NCBI GenBank assembly: GCA_964035545.1 | Contig: OZ037770.1 | Span: forward strand, 12,762,642 to 12,826,641 | Direction of reading: 5' to 3' | Length of the DNA stretch: 64,000 bases | DNA from: Bugula neritina | Taxonomy: Eukaryota > Animalia > Bryozoa | Part shown: positions 51,212 through 64,000 of the stretch, piece by piece | Numbering within the stretch: position 1 is the first letter of the stretch | How the letters are laid out: every line of letters begins with the position of its first letter | Notes under the pieces: model-generated | Seen by the model: the letters and a program-made list of their open reading frames with translations, nothing else | The model's database searches: none | Told to the model about the DNA's origin: nothing | Position numbers and translations under genes: made by a program

Positions 51212-51868
51212 ATGCTGATGTCAGAATCGTTACTTCTACTTAGTGCGGCCATTGTCGCAATGGCATTAGCCAATCCTGTTCCACATGCCCACCGCCACGG
51301 GCACCAGTCCCGTCACAGTGACTCTTCCAACAACACAAACACGAGTAACACAAACCTAATCAAAGAACTGAATCTTATGATTCCCCAGCAGTATCAGTCA
51401 ATCTACGTGCTATTCGCTGACAGGAAGCCGGAGTCGCCTCCCCCTTGGTATCAGGTCACTAGCGGAGTAATAAACAGAAGTAGGCGGAGCTCTGGTGACA
51501 CGAGCAGCCACGCCCACATCCCACAGTCAGTATGTGATAGTCGGAAACGTTGGGTGATGAAGGAAACAGCAATAGACACAAACGGCGCTAATGTAACTGT
51601 CGTTCAGCGAATTAGCGTTAACGGGATGAGGATTAACCAATATTTCTACGAAACAACTTGTCTTCAAGAAAACTGTCAGTGTAGAGGTATTGATACTAAT
51701 CGTTACTCATCTAAGTGTGAAAATAAATATATTTGGGCGTATGCCAAAGTAAGAGACAATCATGGAACCGTAGCTTGGAATCTAATAAAGTTAGGGGGCT
51801 CATGCGGATGCTCCATAACGGAATTGACAATCGATCCCGATCAAAGTATATGGGACGATTTGAGGTAG
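51212..51868 (+). CDS. Neurotrophin (NGF/BDNF family) prepro-protein, single coding exon, 218 aa
   Basis: Hydrophobic signal peptide, furin site RSRR, and an NGF-domain pattern SVCDS..WV..TAID..G..VTV..QYFYETTC..CRGID..YSSKC....AYA..VAW.LI....CGC. An acceptor tttgtag sits 3 nt before the ATG. Confidence 0.95.
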   Translation: MLMSESLLLLSAAIVAMALANPVPHAHRHGHQSRHSDSSNNTNTSNTNLIKELNLMIPQQYQSIYVLFADRKPESPPPWYQVTSGVINRSRRSSGDTSSHAHIPQSVCDSRKRWVMKETAIDTNGANVTVVQRISVNGMRINQYFYETTCLQENCQCRGIDTNRYSSKCENKYIWAYAKVRDNHGTVAWNLIKLGGSCGCSITELTIDPDQSIWDDLR

Positions 51869-54800
51869 TGAAGATTCCAGAGGTTGTGTAATAGAAAAGA
51901 CGGCTTCGAGACGCCCGAACTCAAGACTCACATTCCTGTCTGCTGTCGTTTTACGTGTTTCCTGTTTTACATGTAGCAATCAGCAGGTGTTTGAGCCAGT
52001 TTTGACATACAGGTGGAGATAACATACCTACTAGTCTATTTATTTTTAGCTAATTCGTGAAGAACTCTATGATTGTTTGACGTCTACTTGAAATGTTGTG
52101 ATGAAATGAATCTGAGAACTTTCTAGCAATTGACTATTATTTACAAAATATTGTGATATGCATGTCTGTATATATCTGTTTGTGGTTGAAGAGACTAAGT
52201 TACTATCTTTTTACTAATTCGATTGAACGTCGAAGACAACTAAACACGTCTGCATAGTTGTTGCTAGTTCGTAATATGCCAGCAGAATTATGTGTATGCA
52301 TGATGGTATTAAATTGTCGCATTGTTATTCTCTATATGTGCATTCTGATAGATTGTTTTATTTTTTTATGCAAGTCAATACAGTTACTATAAAACTTATG
52401 CAATCCTGTAAATCCAAAATACCTGGCTACAACTAACCAGGACATGCGATAGTTACATGCCATGCTGATGCTAGAGAATAGTGGGTCATAGCTTTGTGTA
52501 GTTTGATGTAAGTTTGTAAACCAGCATGAGACAGCTAGCTAGTAGACACTTGGACACTGAATTCAATGTATTCAAATATGTAGCTGATAGCGTCATAGGC
52601 TGAGTTAGCTATTAGCTCCGTAATGTCAGACTATACTCAATAAATGTCTCTTGAGGCATTCACAACAAACAATACTGTTTACACTCAAAATTTGAGCAGT
52701 GTAGCATTTTGCTGTGTTTATTTATAGTAGCAGTTTGTGCAATTTTAGTGAAAATAATACCTAGTAAAAAGTGACATGAAAGAAAGCAACGTATCAGGAA
52801 ATGGTCTTTGCATATTCTGCTGCTGTACAGGGCAATTAACTATAATTCCATTTATAGGTGCAGTAGGGGAGAAATCTATAATAGCCCAAGCTCTATAATT
52901 TTTTAATAATCTTTGGTTAGGGACACTGGTTAAAATTCTTATGAGAGCATAACTAATTTTACTTCAAATCTAGAACACAGGCTTTTCTTGATGAGCATCT
53001 TTTACTAATTCAATCTGATATCTGTTGACATTTAGCAGAACATACATGAAGACATCAGAAAAATAATAAACGATATTTAATACCAGCATTGCTACATTAT
53101 TACATGCTTAGGTTAAAGCAGTTTTTGTGCATATATAAATTTGCTTTCATAATGCTAAGAATTTGACAATAACTGGCTGAAACTTATAGAAAGCAGTGTT
53201 TCATTCTGTTTTGATTTTTAGTACTTTGATTTTTATTTAAAAAATATATTTTTTTTAATATAGCAACCGAGAAGCTTTATAATTTATATAACCTTTAAAA
53301 ACTAATAAAAACAGCCAATAAAAAATAGCTGAAATAATTGTTCAATGATCGTACAATGATTTTAATTGAAACAATATTTTAAAGCATTATACAAATAATA
53401 TAATTTGGCTTTACATTTAAATGACTACATAGCAGGTGTAGCTTTGTATTAGATGATTGATTTGAAACTGAGGTGCATTTGCTTACCTACTCATTCATTT
53501 TATTTTGGATCATGGTTTTCCTTCTGTGACACACATGTTGACCCAAAACCTGATCATTCAACTTGATTGAACAGTTGAATATTAATCCTTCTAGCATGGA
53601 CATGGTTTGTTAAGTGTGGGGCTCACGACCCAGGTTACCTGCTCGGGCAATGCGCGGGAAACCCGTCTAGCCCAAAAATGGGCTGTTGGGTTTTTATGCG
53701 AGTAATATTAAGCTGAGCGGAAAGTGCAGAAAGTTCGTGCAGGTTTGATATAATTGGCTGGTTATCATTTAGTGAGCACACTTTTTTAATTTCAATTCAA
53801 GTTTTAATTTTTAGTGAACTGAATTAAAGAAGTTTCATATAGTTTGCATTTTTGCTTTTATAATATCTAAAGTCACTTTGCCGATGACTTAGATTTAAAC
53901 ACAAAAATCTGTAGGTGCATGAGCAGTAAAATCAAACTTCAAGCTCATTAGCTAATCAATTTCCGAACCCACAATCCACGCATTGTGTGTGGCAGGTCGC
54001 TCCCAGGACGAGTTTCCAAAAATTTGAACTCGCATACAGAAAACCCTAGTCTACAATTTTCAATGTATTCGTACGCCTAAGGGCGTTTCCACATTTCTGC
54101 TTGACTTTGCATTTACAAAATAAAGATAATCAACTAGCAATTTGAATAAATTCCCAATTACTGGAGGTAATTTAAGTCATTGTGATTGTTTTAACACAAA
54201 GCTCTGACGCTCATTATAGCAATTTACATAATCTACAGCTATGCAAATAAGTGAGCCAAAATAATTATATAAGTGTATTATGTAAAATATGTATAATTAT
54301 ATAATAAACAATAGAGTGGCTATTTGGGATATATATATTTTAAGGGTCTTACTTGAGTAAATCACAGATCATCTCAGCTACTCTACTATATTTGCATAAT
54401 AATCCAGTTCAAAGTTAAACAAATCCAATTATGTCTTACAAGTGTGAACTGGGTGCAAAAACAACTCTTTAAAAGTGCACAAATCAATTATTTCATACAA
54501 ATTAAGTTTGATTAAAGGTATTGCTTGTTCAATAAAATATTCATAAAATAGATTTAATCTTTCTGAACAATGACAGATAAATGTTAATTAATTAACTAGT
54601 TATCACCCGTAAGGTACTAATGTAACACTTTAATATGCATAAGCCATGCAGTTTACCAGTATAAAGAACATTTCATTATATAACCAGGTGCTATGCAGTT
54701 ATAATTAAAACATATCAGAATTTCTGGGTATTACTGCTGTTAAGAGATTTTGCATTTGCTTAACATCATGAGAGCTTTATTAAATCTTGATCATCACGAT

Positions 54801-55140
54801 TTTAGGCCCTTAATTACACAAATAAACAAAGAGTAGCTTTTTTCCTTTCTATAAAAAGTAATTCTTGTGTTTTATGAATTAAAAACTTTTACTTAATTTA
54901 TTAAAATAATTGCTAGATTATTCAGAAGTTAATTGCAAAAATTTTCAAATGCAAGGGGAAGGCAAATCTAGAATGTTATGTCAATTAATCAACAGAACTT
55001 TCCTAAGAATTATTCTTTACAGAGTATTAAGATATGCAGGTTATTACCAAATCACAACAAAGTAAACTATAGTGCATGTCTAACAGGCTGCTAAAGCTGT
55101 ATACTTGTATCTTAATTTTATAAAGGGGCACCATGCATTA

Positions 55141-55355
55141 GGGAACAGCTATGGTCTTGGGGTTAGAGTATTTGCCTAGTAAACACGAAGTCATGAGTTC
55201 AAACCCGACAAAGACCATTGTTGATGTTAGGAAGAGCATCCAGTCATAATTGCTCCTGTGTCCCATCTGAATAAGTCCTTAGCATTCTTAAACAAAAAAC
55301 CTTTATATCATGAGTTTTCACAAAGATAGTGACTAAAAACTTCGTGGGTTTTGTA
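55141..55355 (+). mobile_element. Full-length tRNA-derived SINE with target-site duplication
   Basis: Flanked by the direct repeat gggcaccatgca(t/g)ta (55126-55140 and 55356-55370); A/B-box-like head and family core present. Confidence 0.88.
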
Positions 55356-56404
55356 GGGCACCATGCAGTATAAAAAGTGATTATTATATATTATAGTTAT
55401 CACTTTATGATCTTTATTTTAACCTTACATGCAAAAGTTTTAAAGTAAAATAAATATTGAACTACTTTTGGATGTACTTTTATTTGAGTATTGATACGCA
55501 TTGTATTACTGCACCCAATGTTAAACTTAACCACATTGTCGTTTGTTTTTCGTTTTGAGGAAGCAGGGAAGGAAAAATTAACAAGCTCTATATTGGACTA
55601 ATTCTCCCAATGCTATGGCATAAAAGAATTTTGCAGTTGTTTCTCTGTTACTTATTCATTATATTATGAGTTGTTTATGCATAAAAAAGTAGATTAAATT
55701 CTCTTCGAGAGAGTTTTAGAGGTTGTTGGTGCAGTACGGAGAATAATTTAGCCCAAGTTTATGTTCAACATAAGAAGTCATGTCCCTATAAAATTTTCTC
55801 CAACATAATTGAAGAGCTTGGGCTATTAATTTTTTCAGTTTATCTGCTAAAATAGCTACATTAATAAATATAGTCATAACATATAAGCAGCTGGTACACA
55901 AAGCATTACCAGATCCCTCTGTATAGAAAAGTCTGTCTGTTTGCCTCTGGAACCATGCAGAAAGATTTGACAATGAAGATTCTTAAGGAAGCTAAACTTT
56001 CAGCAACATTTTCTCTAGACAGAGTAGCTGCCGTATCAGGTGAGAATTACTCACCATAGAGAATATTAATCAACAGTGAATCACTGCTGTAGAACAATAA
56101 CATGTTTCCATGGTTACCAATGACAATAAATTATCATTGAATCATATTGGCTTCCAGATTAATGGATTGTAGAAGGCAGGCAGTGGTATACGAGTGTGAT
56201 GCTATGCATGAATGAACACCTGAGGTTACCAACTTAATAGCAGAACTTGGGAATAGCTCAGTCTAAGCTTTATGTAGCTTTACGGAATGTTGATTAGCCC
56301 CCCTACCCCTATATGCTTCCTCGCATTGTGATAATCAAAATCGATGAAGCATGAAGAAAGTTTCCGAAGCTAGTACTCCATTTTGTTGTGTCGAATGCAT
56401 TCAG

Positions 56405-59400
56405 GAGAAAAGTAGCTAATGGAAGTTTAGAGGTTCTGCAGCAGAAACTAGCTGAAGAGGTCAATATGTCTTTGAATCCAGAAGTTCAATATTTCAACTC
56501 CAGAAAGATTCTTCAGACTGACACTCCAAAAGTGAGTATTGCATTGTATTTAAAGTAAATTTATTAGAATAAAGTTGTAGTAATACTATTAGTATTTTAG
56601 TCACTAAGTCTAATACCAGTGATTAATTTCAATCAAAATTTGCCAATAATATTATTAATGGTATAGTAGTGTGTAAATTACAAGTGAGAGTGTTATTTTA
56701 TCAACCGAATCGGTTTCCAAGGCAGATAACCAATTTATATGTGATTAGATTCAACCAGTTGAACTTGATGAGACTGTAAAAGTAACAATAAGAATGTCTA
56801 TCTTGTTAGGCAACATAAATTAAAAGCTGTTTACAGTTTTTGAAAAGAAGGTAGAAGCTATAAGTTGTATTTTTTGTACTGTTTGATATTCACTTACTAA
56901 AGCTGGCCTAGACATAAGGTAGTCTATTTATTGTTGCTGGGAACCATAAACATAGTGGTATATTTATATATAGAATAGGTGTGATGCAACTTCTTATCTC
57001 GTGCTATTTTTAGCTTTGCACTCAAATCAAGTATGACAACTGCTTTAGTAAGTGTCCACCTGTAATACCGGGGCCTCCACCTCCCCCAGCCTCACTTGAA
57101 GATTATCGTAGAACTTGGTGCACAGGTGAGCTATTGCATAACATGCAAAAAAGAGTTTTTAGTATTAGATGACAACTCCAATGCCGGCATTTAGCTTTTC
57201 TCAAATAGTCACCGTGTTGTCATGAGTTTCTAGAATTAAGAAAGCCTAGTCTCACAAGGCATTAGGACAGAGTTACGATAAAACTCTACTAAAGTGTTAC
57301 ACTTAGCAAATTATAATCCCAGCTAGTGTTAGAAGAACTATCATATAAACGCGTAAAATGATTTGGTTCGTGAAAGTAAGTGTTTTAAGCCTAAATTTGC
57401 TTATAAATATGCAGTTGACAGTTTTAACCTTTGGCCTTGTGTGACACTCATGGGTTTAGAAAACTCACAACAATTTTTTCATGAAATAGTTATTGTGATC
57501 TGTGTTTGACATACTATTGTTGATTGAAGCTAGTATTCAACATAATAGTCTGAGTGGTTTGATTACCGCAGTTTTCCACCAACACAAACTCAATGCTGAT
57601 ATTTGCCAACCTTAAAGTTAAAGTTGAACTAAGAAAGATATTGAATATAAAAAAATTAAGCGAGTTCACAGTCACTCTCCTTGTGAGAAGACCCCTGATG
57701 AAAGGGGTTTTTGTTAAATCGGGCTAAGGAATTATTTTCACTATTCCTGTGAGAAACTTTTGCTAATGCATGGAAGGGGTTTTTGCTAATTAGTGGGCTA
57801 AAAACTTACTCAGATGGAGCACAGGAGCAATTATGACTGGAAGCTCTTCCCGGCATTACCAATGGCCATTATTAAGCATCTTATTAAAAATCGGCTTATT
57901 TCCATTTTTTCAATGAGTCCCAACAATCATAACTACTTTAACTTGATTTGGGTGTTTTATAATTTCCACATTTTTAAAAGTTAAAAAAAAGAGAATTACA
58001 AAATTAAAGTAAATAGATAAAATGATGTAAAGTAACCTAAACACAAAAAATTTTAAAAAAATCGTACCTTAATTCGAAAGCTGTGTGTACTACGCCAGCA
58101 CTCTAACCGCTATAAAGTACAATGAATACACAGAGTTCATGCTATTTGCTCTATTTGTATGCTGCCTAGTTTTGCAAGTAATAGTTGATAAAACTGTATG
58201 GAGATACTTCATAATATTGTGTTGTATATAGCCTATTCTTACAATGGTTGATGAAACTGCATGCAGGTCACAACAATCCCTGGCAGTGTTCAGACACCAA
58301 CTACGGACCACAGATCAACGGAACTAACCCCAGACTGACGGTAACCAAGGCTCCCGCTAAACCTGTGAAATCTTCTTCTACAGTCATTTCTCTGTCAGTT
58401 GTCATACCTTGTGTGGCTATAATAGCTGTGATCTCAGCACTGGTTAGTTGACCTTCACCTTTCTACATATTTTCCTATAATGGCAGTTATATCGCTAAAA
58501 ACAGCACTTAGTTGAAGGTGACTGGGTATACAGTATTTGTACACACATAGTTGTCTAAACTTTAAACTCGAGTGACCACCAATGCGATGCTGCTTCTAGC
58601 GACTTTGTTCATATTAATATTTAGAGAAATTTGATATTTCTGATGACTTTAATTGTATCTATAAAAATATAATATATGTACGTTTATAGGAATTTCGTTG
58701 CGATGTTTTCATATTTTAAAGATACAGAGTTCTTTTAAATATAGCTGTTCAATATTACTTTATATTGAACGTATTAAGAACTCGAAATCAAATAAATTTT
58801 CTAGCTGCAAATTTTAACTTTACTAATACAGTTTGAGTTTACGGTGGAATTGATTTAAATAACAGTCCAACTAGGTTACGGCTTCTTATCTTGGCGAGGT
58901 CATGATGCATTACAGCACCCAGAGCCTAATTTAGAATCTTTACTAGAAAGTTCCCTCACAGAAGTGGAGACAACTGCTACTTTGTTATTTAATTTATCTC
59001 AAGCTACACGACACTCATAAATTTAATTTATAGTTGATAGCGAGGCGCAACAGGAAAGCTCTCAACAAGAAGAAAGCTGACAACACATATAACTTAGGCT
59101 ATTTGAGTAAACCTCAGGCCCCAACCTGGACTGACAATGATGGCACTGGAGGTGATATGAATTTCTATGTATAAAATTGCTGTATTCATGTAACTCAGTC
59201 AAACAACTACCCATTGTAGGAGAGGAACAATAATATAGCTTGTACTGTATGGTGTGAGAAGCAAATCAAATTATCAAAATGTTATTTTAAAAATGTATTA
59301 AAAAAAGCAAAAACATTGCAAAAGATAAAAGATGCACACGGCTATTTCATATAAAACTTGTTTTTAAATTTAATGGTTTCCAGTTTTTTTCAAAGTGCAC

Positions 59401-62400
59401 TTTCATTAAATTTAGTGACCTGTTTATTGTGTCTCTTCAAAATTTGTGTTAATTTTATTTATTAAATTTTGTTATATTGTCACTAAACTTTCCAAAGCAT
59501 GCTAGAAGTTTAAGAATATTATTGCATATTATACATCTCACTAAACTATATCACATTATATTATATAGTGTATTATACTATTATATTTAATATATGCTAT
59601 ATTATATCAAAATATCATAAAATTATTAAATTATAACGTATTATGATATAATATATACCTACTATAATATAATATATCATAAGCTATTATACTATAATAA
59701 TATATATCATTTTATTAACAATAATAAAACTTTGCTAAAATAATACAGAGGAAAGAAAACTCCTAAAGCATACAAATAAAGGTTGATATTGTAGTCGCTG
59801 TTGAAGATGGCTCGGAGATATTCTACCAGGTAGACAGAACGGCTGCCTTCTCAGCTAACTTGAATGGAGGAGGAAATATGAGAGCTATGCCAGATGTGAT
59901 CCACTCGTCAAGTGCTACCATCAGTGAGTACCTTGTTTCCATGTTATCTTTATATAATTATATAATTATATATATATATATATATAATTCATCCAATATT
60001 ATATAAATATACTGTGTTTATTATAATATGTTGTATATAAACATGGTCCAATTGACATATACTATTATGCAAGCATGGCATGTCTATTCTAATTTATATA
60101 TAAACACAATCTAGTTATTACAATATATAATTATAACTTAAAAGATATATGCAAATAATAAAGGTAAGGCAACTTCTTTGTAGTTTTAGACAGCATATTT
60201 GATGCTCTTATTCATGAACATTGAATGTGTTTGTAATACCAGATAGTGGCTTATTTAGTTTGCGAACTCACAACTCCAAATTGCATTTAAATAAATGTTA
60301 TACTGAAATTAATTCAATTCAAGATAATCAGATCTAAAATATTAGTTTTTGTTACTTGTAGTTTGTATACATTTTAGTCTGACTATATAGATTTTAAACT
60401 CATTTTTTATGTTTCTGTATTTTCGTTGCTCCTATTTCTGTCTTGTCATATGTCTAAAGCTGGTCATGTGTTATGCTGGGTTAAGGTTCTACTGTTGCGT
60501 ATTTTCAGGAAAATCCCCTCCCACTAACATGTCAGTATTTGATCTAGGGAGATCTGGGAGCGCCACCAGCCAGGCACCACTTCTCTCCAGCCCGGAGATT
60601 GCCCATCACCATCGCAGACGTAACGGTAACAGAATGCCTTCTGTAGGACAGGATGGGGAATCAGACCTGGGATCTCCGACATACTCCCATTACGGCGCCA
60701 CTCAACATCAGGTAATTGCATGTAACTGTAACCGGAGAAGTTTGGGGAAACTTTTAGTATAGTGTTGAAACTGCCAAATAGTCCGTGTGGTGTAATGGCT
60801 AGTGCGCCTGTTCTCAAGATAGAGGTCTCACGTTCGAATCCTATTTGTGGAAAAAACTTTTAACTTTTGGCGAAAGCCTTTTGGTGAAAGCCTTTTGGTG
60901 AAAGCCTTTTGGTGAAAGCCTTTTGGTGAAAGCCTTTTGGTGAAAGCCTTTTGGTGAAAGCCTTTTGGTGAAAGCCTTTTGGTGAAAGCCTTTTGGTGAA
61001 AGCCTTTTGGTGAAAGCCTTTTGGTGAAAGCTTTTTGGTGAAAGCTTTGTGGTGAGCTCTCTTGTGAAAGCTTTTTTGTGAAAGCTTTTGGTGAAAGCTT
61101 ATTGGCGAAAGCTATTTTGTGAAAGCCTTGTGGGGAAAGCTTTATGCTAAAAGCTTTTCTGTGAAAGCTTTTCAGGAATAGTTTGTTGACTGCTAGCTAT
61201 ATCTCAATGCTATAGTATGACTCAGTGCAGTTAAAAGAGTAGAGGAGAAAGATTAGCTGTATTCACTTTACTCATAGTTTTTTTTCTATATGAAGATGCA
61301 CATAACTTTCGCAATATTGACAAAATAATTATTGTTGTATAGAACGGAGAGCTATGCTCATTGTTACTGTGTTAACAAGGATGTTGTATGTTTTGAAAAC
61401 TGTAGATGCTTATATGTATACCACAACTTAATTTGTTGTTTATTGTCAATTAACAGTCTATATATAGAAATATAGACTGTTGTCTATAAGCAACAGAATG
61501 ATTTACCGGGCCACATCTGCGCCCCACGCATAGGTATCCATGCTATCACAGCAACTAAAGTTCTATTCTAAGATTACACTAAAGTATATAGATATCAAAA
61601 ATAGGTTGTAATATATAGTCATTGTTTGTTTTAATAACTGATATGAATAAAAACTGGTAAGCTACCAATTTTAGTTTTCAATCAAGTTGATTTTGAAACT
61701 TTGAAATATAATATTATAAATTCACATGTAGTTTCTAGTTTTATGATTAGACAATACTGCTATAAAACGATTTTAATTTCTTTAGTTTTTTATTTTTAGC
61801 CTGTAACTAGAAAAGGATCACACGAGCTAAGTTCATCAGATGGAGTTACTTCCCCTGGAAATACTTCAGGATACATGACTTATTCCCCAACCACCAAATC
61901 TCACCCTTCTCTCTATTATAGTGGAGGAGAAAAATTCGATAATACTGGAACTGTGGTCAGGTGATTGCAACTCCAAAAAGTCTTGATTTTGTACAGAATT
62001 TTTAATAGTGATTGACTTGTTATGACACAAATGTACAAGGCTGGGGTATTCGCAAGGTCATCGATAATACAACGATAAAACATTGCTCTTCAGATACACT
62101 TAGGAGTAGTAGTAGATAAATTGAGATAGCCTAAGTTATTTTATTAAATTTTGGTATGGGGCACAGGTGGAATTTCTTGATAGAGCATGCGACTTCTTTT
62201 GCTACATTTCTAATCTAAAACACAAGCTTTTCTCAGTCTCTCCATTACTGCACCTACCTCTTCATATGTTCTGCTGCAGGAAACTTTAAACTTTAAAAGG
62301 ACATTCACTAGGTCACTAGAACTTATCATCAGAAAAATTATCGAAGAACTATAAATTCCAACAACTTTGAGTAAAAATGGTAACCTGCAGCAAATATTTT

Positions 62401-62844
62401 GTAGAACACCAAAAACGAGACAGCGATCATTTGGCAGCCATGACAGCAGTAAGCCCCGCCCCCTGCGTAAGCCGTCCGGTGCCAGTAACGTACAAAGGAG
62501 CGACTCAATGACTCTCAACCGAGCTGGTGGTCGGGAGAATTACAAGACAAACTGGGATAACTTCGACGAGGTGACCGCAACCATGAGGAAAGAGAAGCAT
62601 GGACCGTCCAACAGGTCAGGATTAATAACTTTTAGCTAAACGTATAATATGGCTTAAGTAATTATTACTAACACCTGCTGTCCTATTATAAGTAATAACT
62701 GTGATAACTTTATTGGTGTTTTAGAGAGTTGGTGCTGGGAATTGACTCATTTGTTGACTCTTTTACTACCCCTGAGCAAGAGGAGGCAACTTCTGTAGAT
62801 CAACTTGGATTGCCTGATAGAAATCCCTTCCTTACAGGTCAGTA
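56405..62844 (+). CDS. Uncharacterised single-pass membrane protein with a small Cys/Pro-rich ectodomain and a long disordered cytoplasmic tail; 5' end unresolved
   Basis: Phase-compatible exons ~56405-56531, 57014-57125, 58267-58442, 59034-59151, 59795-59923, 60509-60711, 61800-61960, 62405-62614, 62725-62844. TM segment VISLSVVIPCVAIIAVISALLIA is followed by the basic RRNRK. Confidence 0.72.
57655..57868 (-). mobile_element. Partial SINE copy with an internal duplication
   Basis: caggagcaattatgactgga.gctcttcc core; the tgtgagaa..aaggggttttg..gggctaa segment occurs twice. Confidence 0.7.
60780..60852 (+). pseudogene. tRNA-like SINE head directly upstream of a satellite array
   Basis: A box tggtgtaatgg and B box gttcgaatcc; cloverleaf imperfect. 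Confidence 0.5.
60866..61175. repeat. 14-bp minisatellite (TTTTGGTGAAAGCC)n, about 22 units, homogeneous at the left and degenerate at the right
   Basis: Directly visible tandem array with no spacers. Confidence 0.95.
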
Positions 62845-63278
62845 GGACTCGTTAATAAACAAAACAAATGATGTGACAACTCCAAATTAATATTAATACA
62901 ATGTTAACAAACATCTTATTAAAAAAGTGATGTAACAACTCCAAATTAGGATTAAGATTTACTCCGTACAATGGTAACTAACCTCTCATTGAAAAAAATG
63001 ATGTGACAACTCCTGATTAGGATTATAACAATCAAGTTAAAATATATACTCTGGTCTCTCAGGGCAATAATCGACTTGTTTAGAGTTCCGAAATTAGCTT
63101 TAAATTTTTATTTTTAATGCAATTTCTATTATAAATCCAAATAGGTGTTTTCTGAAACTGAAACTATTTTCTTAATTAGCAGTTCCATAATTTGAGAAAA
63201 AGAATTCAGCTTAAAATAAAATGATTCAGTCAGGCACTACTTGGATTGTCTAAATACGCTGATTTGCCTTATAGAAAT

Positions 63279-63991
63279 TTAATCAGGTTTTAACACATCT
63301 ATTAAGGGTATGTTTTTTAAACACTCTGCATGAGGGCAATCTGAATCAGTTCCAATGTTGTAATTATAAGTTCTTTTGTTGGGGCAGAAATGGCAGTTAG
63401 TCTCTTTAAACAACTTTTCTAGTTTCTTCTCTAGATGTTCCGTTAAGTCTCTTTCCGCCTTGATTTCATTGGCAGACATCTTGGTAAATTTAAACTTCCG
63501 TTTTCCATTTGGCATTTTTCTCACAGTAACCTAAATTATTAATAGTTTTAGGCATCTTTCTGAATTAATTTATGGTTATCTTTTCACCAATTAATATATT
63601 ATTGATTATTTTGAATGAATTTGAAGCATCTGGCACTGCTAATAACTTTTTAAATATTTTTGAACTTAAACTGTGGCCACTAAAAATCTCAACAATTCTT
63701 CATCTTAAATATATAGCCCTGAATTATTGACCCCTTATAATTTTAAAACAATAATTCACATATAGATAGCTATAGCTTTAATGTTACTAAAGCTACAAAG
63801 TTATATGAAAAAAACATTAGGAAATATAAACAAATAAGCTTGTAGTATGTTTACTGGACATCACAACAAAATTATTAATATTTATCATAATAAAAGAAAA
63901 TTTTTCAGATTAAAACCTGCATACCTTTCCAGTTCTTTTGAAGGAAGGGCACTTATCCAATAAAGCAAGTTGTAGTTTGTTGGATGATTTT
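63279..63991 (-). CDS. Last two exons of an unknown gene entering from the right edge
   Basis: Exons 63991-63925 (KSSNKLQLALLDKCPSFKRTGK) and 63530-63279 (VTVRKMPNGKRKFKF...LKPD*) join in frame at GT-AG sites. Confidence 0.6.
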
Positions 63992-64000
63992 CTATTTAAT

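Noticed and set aside
57014-59151. p75NTR/TNFR ortholog beside the neurotrophin
   Set aside because: No repeated TNFR cysteine-rich domains and no death domain in the tail; the TM similarity is superficial.
60780-60852. Selenocysteine or opal-suppressor tRNA (TCA in the putative anticodon loop), tempting given SELENBP1 nearby
   Set aside because: No U33, poor acceptor stem and no long variable arm; better explained as a SINE head. The SELENBP1 model has no in-frame TGA.
60866-61175. CRISPR-like array
   Set aside because: The units are contiguous with no unique spacers, there are no cas genes, and the context is a eukaryotic intron.
2608-62844. Caspase, BH3-like protein and neurotrophin as a functional apoptosis gene cluster
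   Set aside because: They are separated by unrelated housekeeping genes (SELENBP1, ATAD5); adjacency in an animal genome is not evidence without conserved synteny.

Overview
AT-rich, intron-containing animal genomic DNA, probably from an invertebrate; the species cannot be fixed from sequence alone. Hand-built GT-AG gene models, left to right: (1) a + strand gene splicing an LRR-Roc GTPase-COR (Roco) exon in frame to a complete caspase domain (2608-9220), with a non-canonical active site EVCSG; (2) selenium-binding protein/methanethiol oxidase SELENBP1 (+, 11649-21079), with an extra terminal exon ending in a PTS1-like -AKL; (3) ATAD5/ELG1 (-, 31683-22013), with an E2F/CCAAT/CHR-like upstream motif cluster; (4) a 5'-truncated LINE fragment; (5) an unknown 8-exon gene whose last exon carries BAD-like, BH3-like RRLT repeats (+, 36790-42145); (6) an NGF-family neurotrophin (+, 51212-51868); (7) an unknown single-pass membrane protein (+, ~56405-62844); (8) the 3' end of an unknown - strand gene. 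Repeats include a tRNA-derived SINE family (about 7 copies), MITEs, and micro- and minisatellites. The best candidate for an undescribed system is the Roco-caspase fusion, a possible one-polypeptide sensor/dimeriser/protease. One of its introns holds three minimal hammerhead ribozyme motifs, two of them forming the arms of a perfect 94-bp inverted repeat.
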